Shown: positions 18,191 through 26,093 of the stretch, one piece after another
Layout of the letters: the number at the start of each line of letters is the position of its first letter
Position numbering within the stretch: the first letter of the stretch is position 1
NCBI GenBank assembly: GCA_004375695.1
Contig: SOKQ01000031.1
Location: 1 to 33,943, forward strand
Origin: Hadesarchaea archaeon
GTDB taxonomy: Archaea; Hadarchaeota; Hadarchaeia; Hadarchaeales; Hadarchaeaceae
DNA length: 33,943 nt
Direction: 5' to 3'
Position numbers and translations under genes: made by a program
The notes under the pieces: generated by a model
What the model was told of the DNA's origin: nothing
What the model saw: only the letters and a program-made list of their open reading frames with translations
Databases searched by the model: none

Positions 18191-19364
18191 TGTCGTCGTA
18201 GTTGGTGCGGGCCCAGCAGGGTCGATGGCTGCTCGGGCGGCTGCCAGAGCCGGGGCAGAAGTTTTGTTGCTTGATAAGCGGCGCGAACTGGGGGTGCCAG
18301 TACAGTGCGGTGAGGCACTGTCGGAGGAGCCGCTGTTGGATCTTGGGATAAAGCCGAATCCGCGATGGATAGCTGGCGAGGTGAACGCGGTTAGACTAAT
18401 TTCACCATCTGGTCTCGAAGTCTCGATATCAGAGAAAAAAGTAGTCCACGGTAAAGTTGGCTTCATCTTGGATCGAAAGGTTTTCGACAAGCACCTCGCG
18501 ATGCTCGCAGCCAAAGAGGGCGCGGACGTAAGAGTTGGAACTTTGGTAGATAGTTTACTGATGGATGGAAAAAAAATCGCCGGCGTGAAGGCCAGCAGTT
18601 TTGACGGCAGAATGGAAGTTAGGGCGGAGGTCGTGATAGCTGCGGATGGCGTCGTTTCCAGAGTGGCACGCTGGGCTGGCGTTAACACTGCACTCAAACT
18701 GGTGAACATCGAGTCATGCGCACAATTCCAGATGGTTGGCATCGACATCAAGTCGCCGGAGGTCATGGAGTACTATTTTGGGAGCAGAATCACCCCAGGG
18801 GGATACACTTGGATATTCCCGAAGGGCAGAGACATGGCGAACGTCGGCATAGGTATCCTTGGCAGCCGTACGCAACGTCCAGCGATAGATTACTTGAAAG
18901 ATTTTGTCAATTCTATGCCAGGGCTCAAGAAGGGGCGGGTAATTGAAATAAATGGCGGCGGGGTACCGGTCGGTGGCCCCATACCGAAGACAGTCAAAGA
19001 CAATTTGTTGATAGTTGGTGATGCAGCTCGTCAGGTCAACGCTCTGACGGGCGGCGGAATCGACTCGGCCATGCGTGCAGGAGACATAGCAGGGGAGGTC
19101 GCGGCGAAAGCGATAGCTTCTGGGGATGTTTCAGAGAAAAAACTTAAGGAATACGAAAAACGTTGGCGCAAACAGATGGGGAAAAGGCTCGAGCGCTACC
19201 TGAAGGCTAAAGAAGTGCTTTTGAGCATGTCCGACGAGGAGCTCGATCGACTCGCGAAGGCTCTGCAGGGAGTGGAGTTCGAGAAAATAAGCCTGACCGA
19301 CATGCTAAAAGTGTTCATGAAAGTTAGTCCAAAACTTATGTGGAAGCTCAAAGGCCTGATGTAA
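18174..19364 (+). CDS. Digeranylgeranylglycerophospholipid reductase (GGR)
   Basis: GAGPAG FAD motif, PVQCGE, PGGYTWIFPKG and GDAA.QVN.LTGGGI motifs. Confidence 0.92.
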   Translation: MRENYDVVVVGAGPAGSMAARAAARAGAEVLLLDKRRELGVPVQCGEALSEEPLLDLGIKPNPRWIAGEVNAVRLISPSGLEVSISEKKVVHGKVGFILDRKVFDKHLAMLAAKEGADVRVGTLVDSLLMDGKKIAGVKASSFDGRMEVRAEVVIAADGVVSRVARWAGVNTALKLVNIESCAQFQMVGIDIKSPEVMEYYFGSRITPGGYTWIFPKGRDMANVGIGILGSRTQRPAIDYLKDFVNSMPGLKKGRVIEINGGGVPVGGPIPKTVKDNLLIVGDAARQVNALTGGGIDSAMRAGDIAGEVAAKAIASGDVSEKKLKEYEKRWRKQMGKRLERYLKAKEVLLSMSDEELDRLAKALQGVEFEKISLTDMLKVFMKVSPKLMWKLKGLM

Positions 19365-19368
19365 AGAA

Positions 19369-20691
19369 TTAAGGGGTCAGCCTTTTCCTATCCCGCGGGA
19401 ACAGGACGCACTCTCGAATATTTTCGGCCCCGGTAAGGACCATCGTCAAACGATCCAGCCCAAGACCCCACCCAGCGTGTGGGGGTAAAGCGCCATATTT
19501 AAAGGATTGAAGGTGAGATTCGAAGCTCTGCGGATTCAACCCCTTTTGTTTGAGCTGTTTTACGAGAAGTGTTTCTTGGTGGACACGTGTTCCACCCGAA
19601 GCTAACTCGATTCCTCCATACATCAAGTCGAAAGCCTGTGCGAGCTTTGTGTCATCTCGCTTCGGCATGGTGTAAAATGGTTTGATCGCCATAGGCCAGT
19701 CAATCACAAAGTAAGCGCCACCTACCAGTTCTCCAAGTTTTCGCCCCGCTGGAGTCGGCAGATCCTCACCCCACGGAACTTTTACCCCCGCTTGTTCCAA
19801 CCTCTTGAGGGCCTCGTCGTAAGTTACACGCGGGAACGGTTTTCTCGGGACCTCCAACTTGTGCTCGAGCACTTTCAGTTCCTTGGCGCATGTTCGCTTT
19901 ACCTGCGAGAAGACTTTAACGATTAAATCCTCGAGAATTTTCGTCACGTCCTCAGCCGTTACATACGCGACCTCGATATCGATTGAAATTGCCTCGTTCA
20001 GATGTCGCGGGGTGTCGTGCTCCTCGGCGCGGAAGATTGGCCCAACCTCAAAGACCCGCTCGAAACAGCCCGTGAGCACCTCTTTATAGAGCTGGGGGCT
20101 CTGGCTCAGGAAAGCTTCGCGCTCGAAGTAGGAAATGGGAAAAAGTGCAGCGCCGCTCTCGGTCGCGGTCGCCACAATTTTCGGCGTGTTCACTTCGATG
20201 AGCCCCTTTGAAAGGAGATGATCTCTCACGCTTTGAAGTGCTTGGTGGCGAATTTTGAAGATCGCGAGCGATTCAGGGCGACAGAGATCCAGCGCCCGGG
20301 CATCTAGACGAGTGTCCAAGTTAGCTTTTACCCGCCCTCTTGGGTCGAGTGGCAGCGGGGTGATGGCGAGGTTCAAAATTCTAATCTCCGACGGCACAAC
20401 CTCGACGCCGCGCGGGGCCTGCTTTGCGGCTACGACCTTGCCCTTCACCGCCACCGCTGACTCCTGGGTTAAGCTGTCTATCTTAGCCAGAACCTTTTTA
20501 TCCGTTTTGGCTTTCGGCGCCGTAATTTGGATTGAGCCAGAAATATCGGAAAGAACAAAAAATTTGATCCCTCCAAGATCTCGGACGCCGCCGACCTTTC
20601 CCATCACTATGACTTCCTTGCTGGCCAGCTTGGGCGTGACCTCATTCGAAAGGTGTGTTCGCCGCCAGTTCCCTAATTCATCAAGCTTCAT
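19369..20691 (-). CDS. aspS: Aspartyl-tRNA synthetase, archaeal type, probably non-discriminating
   Basis: OB-fold RDLGG, LSQSPQLYK, FRAEEHDT.RHLNE and PPHAGWGLGLDR motifs; L1 loop QAPRG. Confidence 0.95.
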   Translation of the reverse strand: MKLDELGNWRRTHLSNEVTPKLASKEVIVMGKVGGVRDLGGIKFFVLSDISGSIQITAPKAKTDKKVLAKIDSLTQESAVAVKGKVVAAKQAPRGVEVVPSEIRILNLAITPLPLDPRGRVKANLDTRLDARALDLCRPESLAIFKIRHQALQSVRDHLLSKGLIEVNTPKIVATATESGAALFPISYFEREAFLSQSPQLYKEVLTGCFERVFEVGPIFRAEEHDTPRHLNEAISIDIEVAYVTAEDVTKILEDLIVKVFSQVKRTCAKELKVLEHKLEVPRKPFPRVTYDEALKRLEQAGVKVPWGEDLPTPAGRKLGELVGGAYFVIDWPMAIKPFYTMPKRDDTKLAQAFDLMYGGIELASGGTRVHQETLLVKQLKQKGLNPQSFESHLQSFKYGALPPHAGWGLGLDRLTMVLTGAENIRECVLFPRDRKRLTP

Positions 20692-20698
20692 CTAGCCC

Positions 20699-21202
20699 CT
20701 ACTCAAATGCAAGTTTAATGTTTTTATTAGTTAGCTTTGCTAGGGAGATTTGAATCTCGTCAACGCTGGCGGGGAGGCGCCTCAGGTGCGAACGTGGCAC
20801 CCTCACATGATATTCTTCCTTCCCTCCGGCATAGAGAACGTTGACACCCAGGACCTTTGCTGGGGTCAGAAGGTCTTGTGCTAACTTACGCGTTTCGGTG
20901 CCCCCCTCGACTACGCGGATTTTCGCTCGAAATCTGCGCTCGAGTGCCCGAACAACTTTACCACCCCTCCCCACGACGAAACGTATTTCTCCCCGCCTGA
21001 CGACGAGGGCAATCAAATTGCCGGCATCGATTGCGTGTTTAAAATTTATTTTTTCCAGCCCGCGGTGCTTTTGTGCGAACTCGAACAGAGTCTTGGATAT
21101 TTGGACATCTAGTTCGGAAATCTTGCCATCTTTTAACCTACTCTCGCAACCCTGACAGAGAATGCCGCTTTTGAGACAAATATTGCAGATAGGTGCTCGC
21201 AA
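20699..21202 (-). CDS. Zn-finger plus KH-domain protein (NusA-like)
   Basis: PICNICLKSGILCQGC and KH loop VGRGGK; adjacent to aspS. Confidence 0.85.
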   Translation of the reverse strand: MRAPICNICLKSGILCQGCESRLKDGKISELDVQISKTLFEFAQKHRGLEKINFKHAIDAGNLIALVVRRGEIRFVVGRGGKVVRALERRFRAKIRVVEGGTETRKLAQDLLTPAKVLGVNVLYAGGKEEYHVRVPRSHLRRLPASVDEIQISLAKLTNKNIKLAFE

Positions 21203-21289
21203 GTTCAGACCTAGTAGTTCTTCGCTCTGTTAATTTAAGGGCTTTCAGAATTGCGCGAGGCAAAAAAAATAAAAGAGCGCGGAAAATGT

Positions 21290-21610
21290 TTACTTGCCAA
21301 GCACTATTTCGATGGTCGAAACACTAATCAAGCCGCGCTCGCCTTTAAGCTCTTCGGTCCCAATCAAAATGTTTCGCACAGTTAAACCCTGCAGGAAGCG
21401 ATTCCTGGTTATCTCCGCAACGTCGACGGCCCTGCTAATCGCTTTACCTCGTGCCTTGAGGGTGACGTCACCGGTCCCCATGTTGAACTGCGTTATCACT
21501 GCAAGTACGTAGTTCATCACCGGTTTTATTCCAATAAAAACGGTGTTTTCCCCAGCGGGTGTTTCTTTAGCTGCAGGTTTCTCTTCAACTGTAGGTTTCT
21601 CTTCGGCCAT
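21290..21610 (-). CDS. albA: Chromatin protein Alba
   Basis: [26 protein letters not shown] and VSTIEI motifs. Confidence 0.96.
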   Translation of the reverse strand: MAEEKPTVEEKPAAKETPAGENTVFIGIKPVMNYVLAVITQFNMGTGDVTLKARGKAISRAVDVAEITRNRFLQGLTVRNILIGTEELKGERGLISVSTIEIVLGK

Positions 21611-21644
21611 TGTACCTTTCCTCCCTTGTTTTTATCAATCTCTA

Positions 21645-21747
21645 TACTTTCGACCCTAATAAATACCTTTTGGGTATACTTTTGGTCTTTATAAATAAAT
21701 TTTGGTTCTACTTTAGTCTTAAAATAAATTTTGAGTTTACTTTCGGT
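21645..21747. repeat. Degenerate ~30-32 bp tandem repeats between divergent alba and lrp
   Basis: TACTTT at 21645, 21677, 21709 and 21738; AATAAAT at 21658, 21694 and 21723. Confidence 0.7.
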
Positions 21748-21821
21748 ATTCCTTGGGGAAATCGAGACGCGAGGACGAAAAGGTTAAATCTTTACTTTTG
21801 TAAAGTTTAGTTTGACATTTG

Positions 21822-22307
21822 ATGATCCCCATGCCGAAGGAAGCCGAGTTAACCGAACGCCAGCTCTCTATCTTGCGCAAGCTCTTCAACGAGGGCAAGG
21901 TGATGCGAGTTCGGAGGGTCAAGAAGACGCAAGCAGCATTAGCAGAGGAGCTCGGCATAACTCGACAGGCGCTCAGCAGCCATTTGCGGGAGCTACGCGA
22001 ACTTGAGCTATTGAACGCTGGCAGAGGATTTATCGATCTCTCGGAAAAATCCGGGAACATTCTCGGGGGAGCCCCAACTCAGGCCTTCGTGTTTGCCAAA
22101 ATCGAGCCAAAGAAGAGACATAATGTCTACAAGGAGATAATGTCGCTGGATGTGTTGCAAGCCTTCCGTGTGACAGGGAATGTGGATTTGATTATTGTAG
22201 TGGATCGACAAAAACTAGATAAAGTGTTGAAGTCGCTCTCGGGTATCGATGGCGTAAAGGGAACTTCCGCCCATCTCGTGCTTTCCTCGCTGGTCGAAGG
22301 CAGGTAA
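21822..22307 (+). CDS. Lrp/AsnC family transcriptional regulator
   Basis: HTH TQAALAEELGITRQALSSHL and RAM domain FRVTGNVDLII. Confidence 0.88.
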   Translation: MIPMPKEAELTERQLSILRKLFNEGKVMRVRRVKKTQAALAEELGITRQALSSHLRELRELELLNAGRGFIDLSEKSGNILGGAPTQAFVFAKIEPKKRHNVYKEIMSLDVLQAFRVTGNVDLIIVVDRQKLDKVLKSLSGIDGVKGTSAHLVLSSLVEGR

Positions 22308-22715
22308 CTAACGCTTTTTAGCAGCTTTTTTCGTGAGTTCCACCATTCTCCGTTCGATTCGGTCTCGCAGCTCATCGAGGTTCCCCTCGCCGCGAGATAG
22401 CGTGACGTAGTCCAACAGGTCATCCACCATGAGTTCTGCTGTCTCGGCCTCGAGAATTCCCGCATAGACTGCTAATTCTATGGTGTAGAAAGAACGCATG
22501 ACGGCGTCGCGCCCTATCCGCCAGCGCTTCCAAGCCCCAGGCCTTTGCATACGGAGCTTTTTTGCGAGTTCTTCAAAGGTCGCACCTTCGCTCCAATAGT
22601 GCAGAAGCATCGTTTTGAGCGTCTTTTCGTCCAGGTGGGACCGTTCGAGCAATGCTCGTGCAAGCAGGTTTTCGCTCAGCCATTTTTCGGCCCGGGCGAA
22701 TTCCTCTCTCGGCAT
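22308..22715 (-). CDS. Hypothetical HTH protein
   Basis: TFEELAKKLRMQRPGAWKRW HTH-like segment followed by helical C-terminus. Confidence 0.75.
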   Translation of the reverse strand: MPREEFARAEKWLSENLLARALLERSHLDEKTLKTMLLHYWSEGATFEELAKKLRMQRPGAWKRWRIGRDAVMRSFYTIELAVYAGILEAETAELMVDDLLDYVTLSRGEGNLDELRDRIERRMVELTKKAAKKR

Positions 22716-22729
22716 TTTAGTCCCCTACA

Positions 22730-22750
22730 TGTTTCCATTTTTTGGAAACA
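22730..22750. promoter_or_regulatory. Perfect inverted repeat TGTTTCCA-N5-TGGAAACA, putative operator
   Basis: Lies 15-35 bp upstream of the ATG at 22715, between a TATA-like AT tract and the start. Confidence 0.6.
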
Positions 22751-22777
22751 AAATAAATACTTATCGGAAGGCGGGCA

Positions 22778-23656
22778 TCACATTAGGAAAGAAAAGATCC
22801 GTTTTAAGAAGGAGCGCTTGTTTGCCCGCTTCACCACGCGCGCGTCAATCGGTGCATCAGTCTCCGCGGCGTAGTGAATGGCGTTGCTTGCGGCCTTCAA
22901 GGCTGACCTCGGAACACCTTTGCTGAATTTGTAAAGTGATTTAAAGCCATTTGGGGTCAGTAAATCTTTATAACAGACACATCCAGCGTTTTTGAGGCGT
23001 AGTTCGAGCAATTCTTTGAGATTTTTTTTGGTCATTGGCTTTAGTTTGATTTTTGTTTGGATGCGGTCGGCCAGCGCCGGTACCTTGGCGAGAAAGCGCT
23101 CCATCTGCTTGAACGTGCCGTTGATCAGGATTGAGATGTTTGGAATGTCGGCCAGCACGCGCAGGAATTCGCCAACATCTAACGCGTCTGCACCGCTCTC
23201 AGGGAGGTCATCTATGAGTATCGCTAAACGCTCTTGGTGTTCTTGGGGCCATCGGCGCAGAAACTCGAAGAGATTCTCCCGATCTTTACTCGCATCCATC
23301 TCAAGTCCCAGAATTATCGCACGCAGTAGCTCGTCGGCAGATTTGTACGCGGCGCCGTGGATGAAAACAGGTATAATCTGTTTCGAGGGGTCGGATTCAG
23401 TTAGATTTTCTTCCTTCAATGATGCGACTAAAAACTCGCACACGGTAGTTTTGCCCGTCCCTAAACCGCCTGTGAGAACACCGACTTTGCCTCCAGAAAA
23501 CAACCGTTTGAGTTTGCGCAGGTCTCTACGTTGAAATGGGGCAAAAGCTTCGATGGATGGCAGCTCGAGCTTGAATGGGTCCTCCCGCAGCCCCCAGCTC
23601 CAGATGTAACTCTCGAAAAGCCGATCTCGGCCGATTTTTTTCTCGAAAGTAGTCAT
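22778..23656 (-). CDS. ExeA/TnsC-like AAA+ ATPase with C-terminal amphipathic helix
   Basis: WGLREDPF N-terminal motif, Walker A GGLGTGKTT, Walker B ILIDD, LADRI, SKGVPR; ends KRSFLKRIFSFLM. Confidence 0.85.
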   Translation of the reverse strand: MTTFEKKIGRDRLFESYIWSWGLREDPFKLELPSIEAFAPFQRRDLRKLKRLFSGGKVGVLTGGLGTGKTTVCEFLVASLKEENLTESDPSKQIIPVFIHGAAYKSADELLRAIILGLEMDASKDRENLFEFLRRWPQEHQERLAILIDDLPESGADALDVGEFLRVLADIPNISILINGTFKQMERFLAKVPALADRIQTKIKLKPMTKKNLKELLELRLKNAGCVCYKDLLTPNGFKSLYKFSKGVPRSALKAASNAIHYAAETDAPIDARVVKRANKRSFLKRIFSFLM

Positions 23657-24423
23657 CTCGCTAGCCTCACGTGTATTTCAAACATCCCGTTTTTGCTCAC
23701 AAGGTAACCACAAGCGCTCATTCGTTCACAAAATGTTTTGGCGACATCTTCAGGACAATGGGCTCGTGTGGCTAAATCCCCCAGCGTAAAGCTCTTGAGC
23801 ACGGCAGTAGCTGAGAGCAGGTCCCCAAACAAGGTACGCTGGGCCAGTCCGGTTGGCTTGAGATCGTCCAAGATCTTGTGGCGAGGTAGTTCGGTCACTT
23901 CGGGTACAGGGGGTGGCTGAATTTTTGTGGGTTTTTCGGGCTTTGGAGCGGGCGCCTCCGGCTTTGTGATTGGTTGGGGGGCTGGCATTTTACGCGCACG
24001 TTTATGCACTAGGTTGTAACACTTCTGGCAAAGTGTGACTAGATTATCTGGGTCGTTTCGGCTTGTTCCATCCTTGTGGTGCACCTCTAGTAGCTCCTTC
24101 CCCCCGCATTCTTGGCAGGTGTAGTTATCTCTGATGATTACAGCCTTTCTTACCAGTTCCCAATCGTCCCGGTGGTGAGAAAAAACATAGTTCAAAAAGG
24201 AGGAAAGGCCTTCATCCTTCGGGATTGTGGAAGGGGGTGGGGGAACGGCAGAAGGGCCCTGGAGTAGACGATTTATCTCACTTTCAGGTATCCTTCTTTG
24301 CCCTCCTTGGGGTCGCACAACCTTGATTTTTCCCTGTTTATCCCACAACCTAATCGTGTTGGGGTGTAATCCGAGTATTTTACAAGCCTCTTTCATTTTG
24401 TAGAGTTTTTCTTTTTGTTCCAC
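23653..24423 (-). CDS. MerR/Xis (IS607 TnpA-like) HTH, HNH domain, Pro-rich linkers and C-terminal wHTH fusion
   Basis: YKMKEACKILGLHPNTIRLWDKQGKIK.VR..GGQRRIP; RDNYTCQECG...EVHH...NLVTLCQKCY; FTLGDLATRAHCP...; start set to GTG 24423 after GGTGAGG; ATGA overlap with the ATPase. Confidence 0.85.
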   Translation of the reverse strand: MEQKEKLYKMKEACKILGLHPNTIRLWDKQGKIKVVRPQGGQRRIPESEINRLLQGPSAVPPPPSTIPKDEGLSSFLNYVFSHHRDDWELVRKAVIIRDNYTCQECGGKELLEVHHKDGTSRNDPDNLVTLCQKCYNLVHKRARKMPAPQPITKPEAPAPKPEKPTKIQPPPVPEVTELPRHKILDDLKPTGLAQRTLFGDLLSATAVLKSFTLGDLATRAHCPEDVAKTFCERMSACGYLVSKNGMFEIHVRLAR

Positions 24424-24435
24424 TACCTCACCTTT

Positions 24436-24558
24436 TCTAACAATAACCAACATATTCTAACAATACATACATATAAAGTTAACGGATTTTAACAAAGAAA
24501 TTAACCTAAACTTTACCAAAAATTAACAAAAGCTGGCAATCTTTGTTAGAAGTTGTAA
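24436..24558. repeat. Phased TAAC array copy A, containing the minus-strand TATA box of the HTH-HNH gene
   Basis: TAAC or variants at 24438, 24448, 24458, 24467, 24480, 24490, 24502, 24513 and 24524, then inverted GTTAG/TGTAA; TTTATAT on the minus strand at 24471-24477. Confidence 0.8.
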
Positions 24559-24764
24559 AAATTAAACAAATAATGTAGGGATGTATTAGTTTCAAGGCCC
24601 CCATATCTGATCAATTTGCTGGAATGACGATGCAATTAGCTCGGGCTGGCAAAAAGAGATTGCCCTAGACATTTAGATTATCTAATAGAACGCTCGCCAG
24701 TCGCTAAAGGCATGGCAGGGGCGACTGAAATTATCAGTGACGTGTTTTCCACTTTTAGAACCAT

Positions 24765-24846
24765 AAACATTTATAAAAAACTTAAATATTCCCGAAACAG
24801 TTATAAACAACTTAAAAATTTATATGAAAACACTTTTATATACTTA
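24765..24846 (+). promoter_or_regulatory. Three AT-rich direct repeats (30-33 bp period) upstream of the surface-protein gene; second copy at about 26000-26081
   Basis: AAACATTTATAAAAAACTTAAA (24765), AAACAGTTATAAACAACTTAAA (24795), AAACACTTTTATATACTTA (24828); the last contains the likely TATA box. Confidence 0.6.
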
Positions 24847-24858
24847 TTTGGTCATGAA

Positions 24859-25542
24859 GTGAAGCGCTTCACTGCAATAAAAATTTTGGTTATTTTTGCA
24901 ATTTTAGGTATTTCGGCTGCTTTATTGTTCCAAGTGATTCCGGAGCAAGAACAAAACCCTGCTGACATGCCTGGTCTTCATCCCCCCACCTCTGGAGTAT
25001 CGGGCACTCCCATCACGCTTCAAGAGGCTAGGACCAAAGCCCCATTTCTCCTCGTGCCCACGTATTTGCCGGAGGGTCTCCCGCTGAGAAGGGTGACGGG
25101 GGATCGAGGACTTGTAAGCCTTCTTTGGGAGAATGATGATTTTTACGGTAGTGAATACGGTGAGATCAGCCTCCTTTACTCGGATCGACCAATAACCACC
25201 TCTCTGGTGAATAAATACCCGGCCGGACCGAAGCTAGCGGTAGGAGTAAACATAGTAATTGGCGAGATACCTGATGAAAATTGGGTTCGTGACTCCGTCG
25301 CTTATTGGAACCAACAAGAAGGTTCTGCTGGAAAGGATGTCTTCGAGGTCGTTGAGGTCCGAGGGACGGTGGGGATCGGCCGGGACCTCGGCCACGTGAA
25401 CAAGTTCGATGGATACGAGGAGCCCCTAGGCGCAAGCTTGACTTGGTGGGAAAACAACTTAAGGTTCGGAATCGGGGGCTGGCTCTCACTCAAAGAACTT
25501 CTCAAAATCGCTGAATCATTGGAACCTCTGGAGACATCTTAA
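24859..25542 (+). CDS. Membrane-anchored extracellular protein, DUF4367/LolA-RseB-like, copy 1
   Basis: N-terminal TM helix; TLQEA...APF.L.PTYLPEG, LTWWENN and LSLKELLKIAESL motifs; start set to GTG 24859 because the upstream in-frame region is promoter-like. Confidence 0.75.
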   Translation: MKRFTAIKILVIFAILGISAALLFQVIPEQEQNPADMPGLHPPTSGVSGTPITLQEARTKAPFLLVPTYLPEGLPLRRVTGDRGLVSLLWENDDFYGSEYGEISLLYSDRPITTSLVNKYPAGPKLAVGVNIVIGEIPDENWVRDSVAYWNQQEGSAGKDVFEVVEVRGTVGIGRDLGHVNKFDGYEEPLGASLTWWENNLRFGIGGWLSLKELLKIAESLEPLETS

Positions 25543-25655
25543 ATCTTCCGTTAACGGCTTTTGTTTCATTTCCGGGAGATAAACGAAGGTCAAAATTTCT
25601 ATGCTGAGCGTTATCAGTCCTATCCACAGTTTTTTGTCCGGTTCAGTTCGGACAT
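25543..25655 (-). pseudogene. Frameshifted or truncated small membrane-protein gene start; second copy at 26790-26902
   Basis: TATA, GAGGT and ATG 25655 give MSELNRTKNCG*. One extra A in the A6 run gives MSELNRTKKLWIGLITLSIEILTFVYLP, which is TM-like. Confidence 0.35.
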
Positions 25656-25667
25656 TACCTCTAAGTT

Positions 25668-25793
25668 TTTAACAATAATAAACAAATTCTAACGATACAT
25701 TACAATATAAAGTTAACTGATATTAACAAAAAATAACCCAAACTTTACTAAAAATTAACAAAAAGGGCTGGCAATCTTTGTTAGAAGTTGTAA
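25668..25793. repeat. Phased TAAC array copy B
   Basis: TAAC or variants at 25670, 25680, 25690, 25700, 25714, 25724, 25734, 25745 and 25756. Confidence 0.8.
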
Positions 25794-26093
25794 AAATTAA
25801 ACAAATAATGTGGGGATGTATTAGTTTTAAGGTCCCCATACCTGACCAATTTGCTGGAATGACGATGCAATTAGCTCGGGCTGGCAAAAAGAGATTGCCC
25901 TAGACATTTAGATTATCTAATAGAACGCTCGCCAGTCGCTAAAGGCATGGCAGGGGCGACTGAAATTATCAGTGACGTGTTTTCCACTTTTAGAACCATA
26001 AACATTTATAAAAAACTTAAATATTCCCGAAACAGTTATAAACAACTTAAAAATTTATATGAAAACACTTTTATATACTTATTTGGTCATGAA

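Noticed and set aside
23653-24453. IS607 transposon
   Set aside because: Only the TnpA-like N-terminal HTH is present; there is no serine-recombinase catalytic domain (YARVS motif) and no TnpB.
24712-24858. 49-codon N-terminal extension of the duplicated gene (also 25947-26093)
   Set aside because: The region is an AT-rich repeat and TATA segment; GTG 24859 directly precedes a normal signal/TM helix.
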